This document shows positions 28,627 through 39,387 of a stretch of 64,000 nucleotides of DNA, piece by piece. The stretch lies in IMG/VR virus record IMGVR_UViG_3300045988_019905; one strand, given 5' to 3'. The position numbers and the translations under genes are program-made. The stretch comes from a virus. The notes beneath the pieces were generated by a model. That model searched no databases. It worked only from the letters and a program-made list of their open reading frames with translations, and was not told the DNA's origin. Each line of letters starts with the position of its first letter. Within the stretch, counting starts at the first letter, position 1.

Positions 28627-29607
28627 TTAAACATTTGAAGTAATAGTCCAACCTTTAGCTTCAGCACGAGCAATAGCAGCTAAGCCAGCTTCGGTTGCTT
28701 GAAGTTTTCTAAGATTATACGTATTACCAACTCCTTGACTTTTAGGAGAAGCAGTTGTATCAATAAGCCCATCAAGAATAGCTATTAAAGTTTCAACAGA
28801 ATGTTGTTGTCCATAAGCTTGAATTTGAAATTGAGAAATGTTACTAACATTCTTAACAAAAGTAATATAACTAAAATCAAATTTACCAGTAAAATTACTA
28901 AAATCTCCTCCTTTTAGAAATTCACAAGAACTACCTCTCCAAGTATATCCTGTAACAGTATCTGTAATAGGAACAGAATCAGTAGCATCAAGAGCAACTA
29001 AATCTGGAGTATCATGATATTTAAAACACATAGTAGTATTTTTACAAGCAACTAATCTAAATAGATTAAGATTACCATTATTTGAACTTTTAGTATCATC
29101 AATAGATACCATAGGAAATTCATAAAAACAATGAATACTATCGTCAATAGTAATATTATTATGGAATAGAACTATAACATATTTATAATTATATCCTTCA
29201 GCATCAATATAATTTAAATCATTAAAAGCACTAAGTGGTAAATCAAATGCAGTATCTCCACTTTCATAAGCATATAAAGTATCACCAATAACCCAAGCTT
29301 TGTTAGCAACATTATTATTCCAACGATATATACTTTTAATCCAAGAATATTCTCTAAATGCAAATATATTACCAGCTTTATAATCAGTATATTGAGCAAG
29401 AGCATTATTAAGTAATACTTTCATTCGTCCAAGAACGTCTTCATAACTTTCAAGTTCAGGAGTTCCACCTCCACTAATAGCTGAAATTTTACTTGGATAA
29501 TCAGCAAACTTAGCATCTCCAACAGTAACTCCTTTAGCTTCAATAGCAGCTTTAATAGCTGTCTTTGTTTGAAGAACTTTATTAAGTTTATCAATAGTAG
29601 TTCCCAT
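28627..29607 (-). CDS. Tail fibre or receptor-binding-type protein (326 aa)
   Basis: Seen: ATG at 29607, overlapping the upstream stop (TAATG). The N-terminus is TIDKLNKVLQTKTAIKAAIEAKGVTVGDAKFADYPSKI and the C-terminus is ...AEAKGWTITSNV. In my recollection both patterns are common in phage fibre and BspA-like repeat proteins, so this is a motif-level inference. Confidence 0.55.
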   Translation of the reverse strand: MGTTIDKLNKVLQTKTAIKAAIEAKGVTVGDAKFADYPSKISAISGGGTPELESYEDVLGRMKVLLNNALAQYTDYKAGNIFAFREYSWIKSIYRWNNNVANKAWVIGDTLYAYESGDTAFDLPLSAFNDLNYIDAEGYNYKYVIVLFHNNITIDDSIHCFYEFPMVSIDDTKSSNNGNLNLFRLVACKNTTMCFKYHDTPDLVALDATDSVPITDTVTGYTWRGSSCEFLKGGDFSNFTGKFDFSYITFVKNVSNISQFQIQAYGQQHSVETLIAILDGLIDTTASPKSQGVGNTYNLRKLQATEAGLAAIARAEAKGWTITSNV

Positions 29608-32600
29608 TATATAATCTCTCCATTTATATTATCTAAAGAAGCATTGATTATTCCAACAGTATTAGTTATTTGAGTAGTTACCCACTCTTCAGTAGCATAA
29701 CCATCTAATGATGGAGTACTTCCAGGTGCACCTGTATCTCCTTTTGGTATTCCAACATTTACTTTATAAATAGGATTACCTTGTTGGTCATCTCCAATTT
29801 TAGTTATATTACAAGTAGCAGGTTGGTCAGGTTCGAGAGTAGTAATAGTTCCTGTTTCAAATACAGGAGTCTTTCCATCTACACCATTACTACCATCGGC
29901 TCCACGTGGAATACCAAAATCTATTTTATAAATAGGATTGCCACTAACATCTGTACCATCTTGACGAACATTTGCAGTAGCAGCTCCACCAGCATCGACA
30001 GTTGTAACATTACCTATCTGCATAACAGGAGTCTTGCCATCAGCTCCGCCTCCTCCACCAGATTCAGGATAAGTAATCCAAGTACTACCATTCCACCAAG
30101 TAGGCTTACCTAAAGAAGTATCAAAATATTTAAAACCATTAGGTATCTTAGTATATCTATAATTAGGTCGTTGAGATGTAGTTCCACTTGTTCTTATAGC
30201 AGAAGATAATTCATAAGGTAAAACTATTGCATCGGTTAACCAATCATCAATAGTAACAGTAGCATTTTCAGATAAAGTAAAATTATTTCCATCAATAGCA
30301 GTAATAGTAGCAGTACCATTATTTATATAATCAGAATTTACTATATCTCCTACTTTCCAATCCCAAATACTAATAGAACAAACAACTACATTACTACCTT
30401 GAGTAAATTTAGCACTTGTATGATAATGTAGTCTACCACCTTTTAATACTTTATATATAGTATTATTAGATTCTAATAGTATAAAATCGCCAGCACTTAA
30501 TGTAACAGTAATTCCTGATTTATTAGGAGTTAAATAAGGATAATTAGTTTCAGTATTAAAGCCATTAGTTCTAAGAATACCTATATTAGTTTGATATCCA
30601 TATTTATAAGCAGAACTAAAAGAAGTTTTAATGCTTTGATAAGAATAATTAATTCCATTAGAAGAAGTATCATTAAGATCTATAGGAAAATTAGCATTTA
30701 CATCATCATAATTAATACTAAATAAATTATCATTAATATTTATTCCTGAACAATGTTGTACTTTAGTAATATATTTTGGACCAACATTTTTAGCAGTAGA
30801 AGTATTAATAATATTATTACTAATGTTTACATTTCTAGTTCGTCCTCCAGATTGAGTAGAACATATAATTATAGCATAATCTATACTACCAGCAGATGCA
30901 CCAATTTGATTATTACTAATTTCTAAGTTTGATACATTAGTTATATAATTAGCTCCAGTAGCTCCTTGAATTATACCAAAAGTAAATACAGCAGGAGGAA
31001 CATTATCAAAATAATTAATAAGTTGATTATAATCAGCACATTCAAAATAGTTATTTCTTACTGAAAGATTATGAATACCACTAAGAGCAATTGCTCCTTT
31101 AATATTACCTTCTAATTCATTTCCTTGTATAATACCTCCAAAACCTCCACCTGTAATAGGAGTGGGTTCTGCTTCAATAGCTGCACCAGCTAATTGTTGA
31201 AAAATACAATTTTGAATACTTTGTAATGTTGGTTGATAAGTTTCGTGTGAATAATGTATTCCACCACCTTTAGTAGAATTAACACCAATACATCTTTCAA
31301 AAACATTAAGAAAAATATTATTATTAACTACACTATGTAAATGATAAATACCTTTTTCAAATTTAGCAAATCCACCATAAACTTTTACGTCAACACAAGT
31401 ACTTCTAATTATTTCATATAATAGGATAGCACTATCTAATTGAGAATCTTTAGTTATGTATATAGCAAAATTAGATAAATAATCGTATTGAGAAATAATA
31501 TTATTATTTTTATTAATAGATAATACAGATGCAGAAATATTATTAATAGAAGCTATTAATCCAGTATCAGTACCATTTCCTATAATATTAGTACCATTAG
31601 TATAATATGCAACTACATTAATATCTATTTCTTTAGTCACATAATATAATGCACTTAATATAATTGTATGAATATTAGTATTAACTAATACTTCTTTAAC
31701 TTTATCAAAAGCATCATTAGAATCAATAAGACTTTCTTTTAAAGTTATAAGACCAGTACTATTATTAATAACATTTTTTTTATAAGGAGTAGCACCATAC
31801 CATTCAGGATAAATACCATTTATTTTCCAAGTACCATCTAAAGAAATATCCTCATTAAATATTTTAATAAGTTGAGCACTTATAACTGTATCATTTCCTA
31901 CAATAGTACCATTAGATAAACTACCTCCCTCAAATAAAAGAATACAATTATTAGGAACTACAACAGTTCTTCCATCCAAATCATAATCATATTGAATATG
32001 ATAAATAGTACTTGAACTATTAAATGCATTGTAAGCAAGAATATTCTTACCGTTTACAATATTCTTACGAAGATAAACTCTACCAAGACCACTAAACTCA
32101 CTAATGTTATATTCTTTATCATTAAGCTTAAGTTTATCATCAACAACAGTTATATCTTCTTCATCAGGATTATTAATATATTCGTTAGTGATATTATTAG
32201 TAACATGAAATTCACTAATAGGAACAAGCAAACTCCAAGTACCACCTTTATCATAACTTACTTCAATACCTTGTTCAGTTAAACGAAGAGTTGGACTAAT
32301 ACCATCATCTCCGTCATCACCATCTTCTCCTGGTTTACCTTGAGGTAATCCTAAGTCCATACGATAAACAGGATTACCCTCATGATTATTTCCTTCATAA
32401 ACTAATTTAAAAGTAGGTTCAGCACCATAAGGAAGAGATGTAATATTACCAGCTCTTAAAACTGGAGTCTTACCATCTTTGCCAGTTCCACCTCCACCTC
32501 CTTCTTCAATTAGTTTATAAAGCTCTCTGTTAATTTCGTCTTGAAACTTCTTTTGACATCTGTCAAAGACTTGTTCAGCGAAAACAGCTTTACCATTTTT

Positions 32601-32660
32601 ATTATTCCATATAGTTTGGGCAATAATAAAATGAGCTTTATCTTTAAGACATCTATCCAT
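29607..32660 (-). CDS. Tail fibre or tailspike with a right-handed beta-helix (pectate-lyase-like) core and collagen-like segments (1017 aa)
   Basis: Seen: a module is repeated three times (GKTPV...GNPIY...G[IL]P.G), once near the N-terminus and twice near the C-terminus. Short G-X-Y runs are present (GKPGEDGDDGDDG, GADGSNGVDG, GDTGAPG). The central region has many N-x-I-x-NN-type beta-helix repeats (NLEISNNQIGAS, NVNISNNIINTS, NINDNLFS). Established: such beta-helices are typical of phage depolymerase tailspikes. Confidence 0.7.
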   Translation of the reverse strand: MDRCLKDKAHFIIAQTIWNNKNGKAVFAEQVFDRCQKKFQDEINRELYKLIEEGGGGGTGKDGKTPVLRAGNITSLPYGAEPTFKLVYEGNNHEGNPVYRMDLGLPQGKPGEDGDDGDDGISPTLRLTEQGIEVSYDKGGTWSLLVPISEFHVTNNITNEYINNPDEEDITVVDDKLKLNDKEYNISEFSGLGRVYLRKNIVNGKNILAYNAFNSSSTIYHIQYDYDLDGRTVVVPNNCILLFEGGSLSNGTIVGNDTVISAQLIKIFNEDISLDGTWKINGIYPEWYGATPYKKNVINNSTGLITLKESLIDSNDAFDKVKEVLVNTNIHTIILSALYYVTKEIDINVVAYYTNGTNIIGNGTDTGLIASINNISASVLSINKNNNIISQYDYLSNFAIYITKDSQLDSAILLYEIIRSTCVDVKVYGGFAKFEKGIYHLHSVVNNNIFLNVFERCIGVNSTKGGGIHYSHETYQPTLQSIQNCIFQQLAGAAIEAEPTPITGGGFGGIIQGNELEGNIKGAIALSGIHNLSVRNNYFECADYNQLINYFDNVPPAVFTFGIIQGATGANYITNVSNLEISNNQIGASAGSIDYAIIICSTQSGGRTRNVNISNNIINTSTAKNVGPKYITKVQHCSGININDNLFSINYDDVNANFPIDLNDTSSNGINYSYQSIKTSFSSAYKYGYQTNIGILRTNGFNTETNYPYLTPNKSGITVTLSAGDFILLESNNTIYKVLKGGRLHYHTSAKFTQGSNVVVCSISIWDWKVGDIVNSDYINNGTATITAIDGNNFTLSENATVTIDDWLTDAIVLPYELSSAIRTSGTTSQRPNYRYTKIPNGFKYFDTSLGKPTWWNGSTWITYPESGGGGGADGKTPVMQIGNVTTVDAGGAATANVRQDGTDVSGNPIYKIDFGIPRGADGSNGVDGKTPVFETGTITTLEPDQPATCNITKIGDDQQGNPIYKVNVGIPKGDTGAPGSTPSLDGYATEEWVTTQITNTVGIINASLDNINGEII

Positions 32661-32663
32661 AAC

Positions 32664-35600
32664 TTATAATATTTCTTTTAGACCATCTTCGGCATAAGTT
32701 TCACAATCATATCTCATATTAGTAGTAGGAACTTCTTCTTCTGTATAAGCCGAGAATTTAATATGCTTAACTTTCATAAGACCAACTTCCCAATCAGCAT
32801 GAACACCAGACCAAGTTCCCCATTCACCAAGAATAGCAGCTTTATCATAAACATTAGCACTTGGAAACCAACAACCAATAAGCATAGTCATAGGATTAAA
32901 AGGAACAAACGCTTTACATATAGCAACAACATCATCATCAATAAGTAGTCGAGTATAATCTTTAGTCCAATCAATAGACCACTTATGATACTCACCATCA
33001 TCATAATAATGTTCTACATATTTAAGTGTTTCATCAAGTCCACCATAAACAAGTTCTCCTAATGGAGTTCTATTATTAACAGTAAGCTCACTCTTTCCAA
33101 GTTGAGAACCGCTTGGGTCACCATAAATTCCGCAGCCGTCATTCCATTGTTCAGCCATCCAATTATTAAAACGACAAGAACGAGTATTAGCTCCATAATT
33201 GACTTCATCAATAGTATCACTAATTTTAGCCCAAACAAGATTATCACTTCTAACATAAGATTCAGGTTGTTTAGGGTCAGTACTTGTCACAGCGTCAATA
33301 GTAGCTTTAGACGCTTCCCAATCAATTATCCAAGTACCATAATTTTCTCCTGTTTGAGTACAACCAATAGCTTGACGCATACTAAGTCCAGGAACAAACC
33401 AATAAATACTTTGGTCAGTATTAGGATTAACAGAAGTACGATAAGGAGTATTTTCTGACCCAAGCTCCATATCAATTTCATTATTAATAACTACCCATGT
33501 AGCACCATAACCGGTCTTAACACAATCTTTATAATTATAACCATTAACTCCAGTTTCTGTCCAAAACTTAAAAGTAGCATCATAATCATAAATTTCTTGA
33601 TAATGAAAATACCAAAGACAAATAGCAAGACCTGTCATTCCTTTTGGTACTTGAAACCAACAATCAAACATACCATAAGGATGATAATCAACTGATTGAA
33701 CAAGACCACCAACACGAGTACAACGTTGTTGTAGAGGATACTCAAAAGAACTTGGACATTCTATAATATCAACAGGTAAACCATAACCCTCTGCACCAGC
33801 AGGAGCAACAGCAGGTACACGATAATTATATTTATCTCCATGTTGCTCAAGTATAAGACACTTCTCTTTACTATTAAAATAAATCAAAGAACCATGAGTA
33901 CCACCACCCATGTTACCACCCCAACGTTTTTGCTTAGCATAATAACGTTTTTTAAACTCTACAATAGCATTATCAAAATCATTTTCAAAATCTATATCAT
34001 AATCAGCTTCAGCTTTAGTAAGTTTTATAGATTTAATAGTACGATGTGTAGTACTAAGAACATCAGTATCGGAGACGACATTTATATCCACTTCTCCTAC
34101 GGGGAGTCCCGATAGTAAGAATCGAACGTTATCGTCTTTCATTTCCGTCATATTAGTAGTAGGAATAGTAATATCATCATTCACTTTAAGAACTGGCATT
34201 TTCTTATAACCAGTAGCAAGCATTTCAACTACATCATAATCAATATATTGATATGGGTCTTTCCAGCTATCATTACCTTCAATAGTTCTTGTAAAAAGAC
34301 CAAAATCATTAATAATGAAAGCATTATTCCAATCAATAGCTCCAAAACTCATAGGTGCACTATCAGATACATTATCAGGAAGAAGCATATTCTGAAAAAG
34401 TATGCCCCCCATAGGAGAATCTGGAACAACCGAACTTGTTTTAGCCCATGCAAACATAGGATTTTGAACTTGAAGCCATCTATAACAATCAGTATCAATA
34501 ATAGGAGGTTCACTAAGATAATCTTGCATTATACTTACAGTACCACATTTAAAGTTACTAATAGTTACATTACCTCCACCAGTACTAACTCCATTAACAA
34601 AAGCAATACCATAAGCTAATTTAATTCCATATCCATCAGTATTAGGAACTGTAACTGTAATTTTGCCATTAGTTACACCATTCTTAATAGTATAATATCG
34701 ACTCTTACCTGTGCTAATAATAGAATTATCATCACTTGCTGTATCCCATTTATAAATAGCCCATTCAACATATAAAGCCATATTAGTTTCGTCAGCAACA
34801 TTTTTAGTAGTATAAGTCAATTCAACTTGTACATCTTGTCTATAAGCAGGATTAAGTAAATCCATACTATTAATATCGCCAACTTTAGCTCCATGACCGG
34901 GAACTATTTCAATAGTTTTATAATTATCTTTGTCAAATATATTAGCATAAAGAATAGTATCAGATTTACAAACCATAACCATACCATACCAATGATTGGT
35001 AAATAGTTGAGTATTAGCAGGAAAATCATAATCTGTACCAAAAACATGAAACTTATGACCATCAGTAGTATATTTAATACCTATAAAACGATTAGCACCT
35101 AATTGTGTAAAGCCAAGTAGGTTTACCATATATGGTTCAATAGTAGTATTAACTTTTGCTTTTTGAATCATAAACCTAAAGAATATAGCTCTTCTAACTT
35201 TAGGGTCAGCAGTATCTCCAAATAAATCTTTATATCTTATATTATGAGATTCACCATTATCTTCAAGTTTATCATTAGTATAATTCCACGGCAAAGTAAT
35301 TTGATTATCATTACTAATTCTACAACCAACATAAGTTACATCTTGATTATAAGCATCAGTAGCAATAGTAAAATGATAATCTTCTTTAGAATCACTTGTT
35401 AATAAAGAAGATAATATATTAGCAAAAGACTTTGTAGAATAATCCATAGGAAACATCCAATCTACTGCGTCTGCGCTTGGATACATTCGAGATTTGACAC
35501 TTGGAGCATTAAGAAGCATTATACGTCCATTCCATTCTATCTTTCCTATAATCGGATTGTTTCCAATCGTAGGAACGATGTTTGTTCTGAATTGGAACAA

Positions 35601-36236
35601 CTTCTCTGTTTCTGTTTCTCTATGATATATCTTAATAACATAATCTTTATCATCAGGTAATTCACCAAGTTCAATACCATCTAAAACACCACTGCTCGGA
35701 ACTGTAATATCAGTACCGAGCGGTATAAAATCAGTAGCATCAGCAGCTCTATATGCTATGTCTATATGTTGAGCAATATTGGGATTATTAGTAAATTCTA
35801 CACCTGTAAATACATATTTACAAGGTATTCGTTCCATATCATTAACATTAAGTATTTGAGCAAGTATTTTATATTGAGTACTTTGACCAACTTCTGTATC
35901 TTGAAATAATATACCCATTCGTCTATCATAATCAAGAAAATCAAAGTTACCACTATAAACTGTTTGCTCTTCTGCAATAATAGATTCTCCATCACGAACA
36001 GCATTACGTTTAATGATAAGCGTAGTATTCTTTTGAGGAGTAACTTTACAAACAAGAGTAGTCATAAAATAATCATAATTGGGATTAGGGGCTTCAACGG
36101 AAGCCCCACTATCATCAATTATGTTAGTCTTAGCTTCTATTATACGAAGTTCTTCACTAAGTATAACTTCAGCAGAAGACGACGTAGCTTTATAACTAAT
36201 CTTATATGTATATTCAGAAAAAGTTGGAACAGCCAT
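32664..36236 (-). CDS. Tail fibre with a C-terminal GH16-like (ConA-fold beta-glycanase) domain (1190 aa)
   Basis: Seen: ...VVINNEIDMELGSE..., with EIDME encoded at 33465-33479. Flanking it are ...GLAICLWYFHY... and ...YHKWSIDWTKDYTRLLIDDDVV... Established: E-[ILV]-D-[ILV]-(x)-E is the GH16 catalytic motif, and the flanking W/H patterns are typical of the family. It is a paralogue of the next gene. Confidence 0.75.
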   Translation of the reverse strand: MAVPTFSEYTYKISYKATSSSAEVILSEELRIIEAKTNIIDDSGASVEAPNPNYDYFMTTLVCKVTPQKNTTLIIKRNAVRDGESIIAEEQTVYSGNFDFLDYDRRMGILFQDTEVGQSTQYKILAQILNVNDMERIPCKYVFTGVEFTNNPNIAQHIDIAYRAADATDFIPLGTDITVPSSGVLDGIELGELPDDKDYVIKIYHRETETEKLFQFRTNIVPTIGNNPIIGKIEWNGRIMLLNAPSVKSRMYPSADAVDWMFPMDYSTKSFANILSSLLTSDSKEDYHFTIATDAYNQDVTYVGCRISNDNQITLPWNYTNDKLEDNGESHNIRYKDLFGDTADPKVRRAIFFRFMIQKAKVNTTIEPYMVNLLGFTQLGANRFIGIKYTTDGHKFHVFGTDYDFPANTQLFTNHWYGMVMVCKSDTILYANIFDKDNYKTIEIVPGHGAKVGDINSMDLLNPAYRQDVQVELTYTTKNVADETNMALYVEWAIYKWDTASDDNSIISTGKSRYYTIKNGVTNGKITVTVPNTDGYGIKLAYGIAFVNGVSTGGGNVTISNFKCGTVSIMQDYLSEPPIIDTDCYRWLQVQNPMFAWAKTSSVVPDSPMGGILFQNMLLPDNVSDSAPMSFGAIDWNNAFIINDFGLFTRTIEGNDSWKDPYQYIDYDVVEMLATGYKKMPVLKVNDDITIPTTNMTEMKDDNVRFLLSGLPVGEVDINVVSDTDVLSTTHRTIKSIKLTKAEADYDIDFENDFDNAIVEFKKRYYAKQKRWGGNMGGGTHGSLIYFNSKEKCLILEQHGDKYNYRVPAVAPAGAEGYGLPVDIIECPSSFEYPLQQRCTRVGGLVQSVDYHPYGMFDCWFQVPKGMTGLAICLWYFHYQEIYDYDATFKFWTETGVNGYNYKDCVKTGYGATWVVINNEIDMELGSENTPYRTSVNPNTDQSIYWFVPGLSMRQAIGCTQTGENYGTWIIDWEASKATIDAVTSTDPKQPESYVRSDNLVWAKISDTIDEVNYGANTRSCRFNNWMAEQWNDGCGIYGDPSGSQLGKSELTVNNRTPLGELVYGGLDETLKYVEHYYDDGEYHKWSIDWTKDYTRLLIDDDVVAICKAFVPFNPMTMLIGCWFPSANVYDKAAILGEWGTWSGVHADWEVGLMKVKHIKFSAYTEEEVPTTNMRYDCETYAEDGLKEIL
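34086..34104 (-). repeat. Copy of the GC-rich dispersed motif
   Basis: Seen: the minus strand reads CCCCGTAGGAGAAGTGGAT. Sense orientation in the 1190-aa CDS, translated ...LSGLPVGEVDI... Confidence 0.75.
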
Positions 36237-36254
36237 ATTAATTAGTTTAATAGA

Positions 36255-39200
36255 TTAAGGAGTAATAAAATAACGAAGACCAGATTCAGGAAATGATTCA
36301 CCAAGTGCCATAGGTTCTTCTGTAATATGTGAAGTTTTACCATTAAGAACTATATTTTCACCAGCATTATATTTAAGATATTCAACTGACTGAACTTCCA
36401 TTTGACAAACTTGCCAATTAGCTTGAGTTCCAGCCCAAGTACCAATAGAAGTATTTGCAGTATCATCAAGTATTGTCATAACAGAACCGGGAGTGACATG
36501 AATACCATCACGGTCAGTAACACCAATAGCTGTCTTAACTTGATCACCATTTTCATCTTCTGTAACTCTATATGCAACTGGCATAGTAGGGAACCAACCG
36601 GCAATAGTAAGTTTCATTTGATTAAATGGAACAAAACCTCTATTCTCACTAATGAATACATCATCAACATAAAGAAGAGTTCTATCAGGAAGCCAAACAA
36701 TACTCCATTTATGGAATTTATCATCAGCATAACCAGCAAGACTATTACTAAGCTTAAGTAATTGAGAACAGTATTCTTCTTTTAGAATATTAGTTCCTTC
36801 TTTACCTTTATAAACTTCTTCAGCAGTATATTTAATACTACCACCCTCATAAACAGGAGCAGCCCAACCTTGTCCAGACTCACGTTCACCAACCCAATTA
36901 TTGAATTTACAATTAGCAAAACTTGGTTCATAACGAGGAACAATAACAGGACCAACTTTAACCCAACTATCTCTTTGTTTTGGTTTTGTAATATCAGTCA
37001 ATCTGAAAAGACCAGTATCTTCTTCACTTCCATTTTTAACACCGATAACTAAATCTTCAGTAATAATATTCATATCAAAATAACAATCCGGAAGAATAGA
37101 CCAACTATCAATAACACCGTTAGTAAGTTGAGATGGAAGCTCAATATCAATTTCATTATTAACTACTCTATAATATCCATCGTCTGCACTACCTTGTGCA
37201 TTTCTTTGATTATACGGATATTGGTTATAACGATAATCAGATTCAGAAATCTCAATATAATGGAATAGCCAAATAGCAGGACAAACTCCCCAACAACCAA
37301 CAGGAAGTTTCAGCATGACATCGACTTTACCATAACCAAAATAACGGTTAGAAACCAATGCAGCACCTACACGAAGAAAGTTCTTATTAGTTCTACTATC
37401 CCAGCTATTTCCACTATAATCAACATCTGCTCCATAACCAGTAAATGGTTTAACGTCGGCTTCTTTACAAACGCCTCTAATAGTACCTGTATATTTATCT
37501 CCATGATTTTCTATAACAAGATTACCTTGACCATTGAAATAAATATTATGTCCATTAGTACCACCATTATATCCACCCCAAGTACCATGTTTAGTAAAGA
37601 AATATTCTGCAAGAGCTTTAACAGGTTCGTCTTGTTCAGCAAATACAATCTTAAAAGAATCTTGAACATATTCTTCGGGATTCATAAGAGCATCATAATG
37701 AGTTGTACCATTAATACCAACATTATCAAATCCGGAGAATATCTTATTAGCAACAGAAACTCCTAAGTAATTAAGAATATCAAGTCTTACAGTTCTAATA
37801 GTATTACCAGCAGGAATAATAACTTGTTGGAAAATATCAGGGTCAACAAGAAAACTAATCTTTTCATTACTAATAGAAGAAGTAAATTTAGTTTCTTGAA
37901 GAAGAGTTTGAGTATTACCTCCACTAAAAGTTATTGTGTATCTAAGCTGATAAGAAGCAAATTTATCATCACAAATCTTACTATAAAATCTTCTATAACG
38001 ATTAGTAGTTTCAGAATCACCACCACTATTAAAAGCTACAGGTCCAGAACCACCATTAGGTCCACCAGCAATTTTACAAATAAGAACTTGGTCAGTATCT
38101 TCACCACCAAACAACAAAGGAGTCATTTGATTACTCAAATACTCTTCTTGATAAGGAATTGTAATATCAGATATAGATACAGCAACTCCATCAGTTGTAC
38201 GTTTGAATTGTGGAGAAGCAACCTTAATAGCAGTACCAAGTCTTATCTTTGCACTTAATTCTTCACCACCAGTTGGGATAAATTCAGGGTCTGCATTTGG
38301 AGTTTCATCTTCTTTAGCTTTACGATATACAGCAGTAGGTAAACCACCATAGTCAATAAAATACCATACATTCTTCTCTACAATAAAACCACTTTCGTCT
38401 TCAGCACGATAAGGTCCTTCAAGAACAAGATGAGCATCTTCATTAACCCCAACCATAGTACCTTTAGAATACTCAACAAAGAACTTACCAGCAGCAGTAA
38501 CACCAAACTTATATTGTTTTACACCATTATAGACAAATTCATTATAGTATTTATCTCCATCAATCCAAACAAGAGTACGTTCATCATTTTCATCACCATC
38601 ATATTCTTTAATCAAGAACATAAAACCTGTAAACTTAGTACCAAATTCACGACCTGTAATTCCACCACCACCTGAATCATCTCCACCAAATTGTTTTGGG
38701 TCAAATGTCCAATAAGCGTGCCAAGCTACATAACTACCATTTTGAAATCTAAGATTAGGAGTAGAAAGGTATTTCTTAACAAGAGCATTCTTATTATTAA
38801 AAGCAAAACCCATAGCACTAACACCATACTTATCAGTTACTTGTTCAGTATCAAGATAAGTAGCCATAGGATTAATGACATCTCCAGCTTGTTGTTCATA
38901 ACTAATAAGACTACCCCAATTATCTACATCCATACTTACTCCTTTTTTACCATTAGCACGATAGTACCATTCGGCTTCAACTTTGTTAGGAGCATCACTA
39001 CCGTCCATATTAGGTATGAACCAGTCATATATCTGACCGGGCATTAGTAGTTTATTATAGTAAGGACTATCACCAAGAGCAACATTACGACCTGTTTTAA
39101 ATTTAAAGTCAAAATTCTTACTTCTATTATCGACAAGTCGAAGAACATAAGTTCTATTTTCAACAAGATTACTTAGTACAAGTTTATCACTTTCAGATGT

Positions 39201-39377
39201 TGTTCCATCAGGTTGAACAAGATACTGTTCTCTAAGAACTGTCCATCCAGTATCATTATTCCAATCATCTGTATATATCTTGTACATAACTTTAAAATAC
39301 TGGGAAGTCCCAAGCCGGACTGTAAAATCCAACTTGGGAATCCAATATTTAATAGGTATAATATCTTTAACTGCCAT
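36255..39377 (-). CDS. Tail fibre with a C-terminal GH16-like beta-glycanase domain (1040 aa)
   Basis: Seen: ...YRVVNNEIDIELPSQ..., with EIDIE encoded at 37140-37154. Flanking it are ...GVCPAIWLFHY... and ...FHKWSIVWLPDRTLLYVDDVFI... It shares GG(T)xG..IYFN....L.IE.HGDKY with the 1190-aa neighbour. Established: EIDIE is the lichenase-type GH16 catalytic motif. Confidence 0.75.
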   Translation of the reverse strand: MAVKDIIPIKYWIPKLDFTVRLGTSQYFKVMYKIYTDDWNNDTGWTVLREQYLVQPDGTTSESDKLVLSNLVENRTYVLRLVDNRSKNFDFKFKTGRNVALGDSPYYNKLLMPGQIYDWFIPNMDGSDAPNKVEAEWYYRANGKKGVSMDVDNWGSLISYEQQAGDVINPMATYLDTEQVTDKYGVSAMGFAFNNKNALVKKYLSTPNLRFQNGSYVAWHAYWTFDPKQFGGDDSGGGGITGREFGTKFTGFMFLIKEYDGDENDERTLVWIDGDKYYNEFVYNGVKQYKFGVTAAGKFFVEYSKGTMVGVNEDAHLVLEGPYRAEDESGFIVEKNVWYFIDYGGLPTAVYRKAKEDETPNADPEFIPTGGEELSAKIRLGTAIKVASPQFKRTTDGVAVSISDITIPYQEEYLSNQMTPLLFGGEDTDQVLICKIAGGPNGGSGPVAFNSGGDSETTNRYRRFYSKICDDKFASYQLRYTITFSGGNTQTLLQETKFTSSISNEKISFLVDPDIFQQVIIPAGNTIRTVRLDILNYLGVSVANKIFSGFDNVGINGTTHYDALMNPEEYVQDSFKIVFAEQDEPVKALAEYFFTKHGTWGGYNGGTNGHNIYFNGQGNLVIENHGDKYTGTIRGVCKEADVKPFTGYGADVDYSGNSWDSRTNKNFLRVGAALVSNRYFGYGKVDVMLKLPVGCWGVCPAIWLFHYIEISESDYRYNQYPYNQRNAQGSADDGYYRVVNNEIDIELPSQLTNGVIDSWSILPDCYFDMNIITEDLVIGVKNGSEEDTGLFRLTDITKPKQRDSWVKVGPVIVPRYEPSFANCKFNNWVGERESGQGWAAPVYEGGSIKYTAEEVYKGKEGTNILKEEYCSQLLKLSNSLAGYADDKFHKWSIVWLPDRTLLYVDDVFISENRGFVPFNQMKLTIAGWFPTMPVAYRVTEDENGDQVKTAIGVTDRDGIHVTPGSVMTILDDTANTSIGTWAGTQANWQVCQMEVQSVEYLKYNAGENIVLNGKTSHITEEPMALGESFPESGLRYFITP

Positions 39378-39387
39378 TGTACCTATA

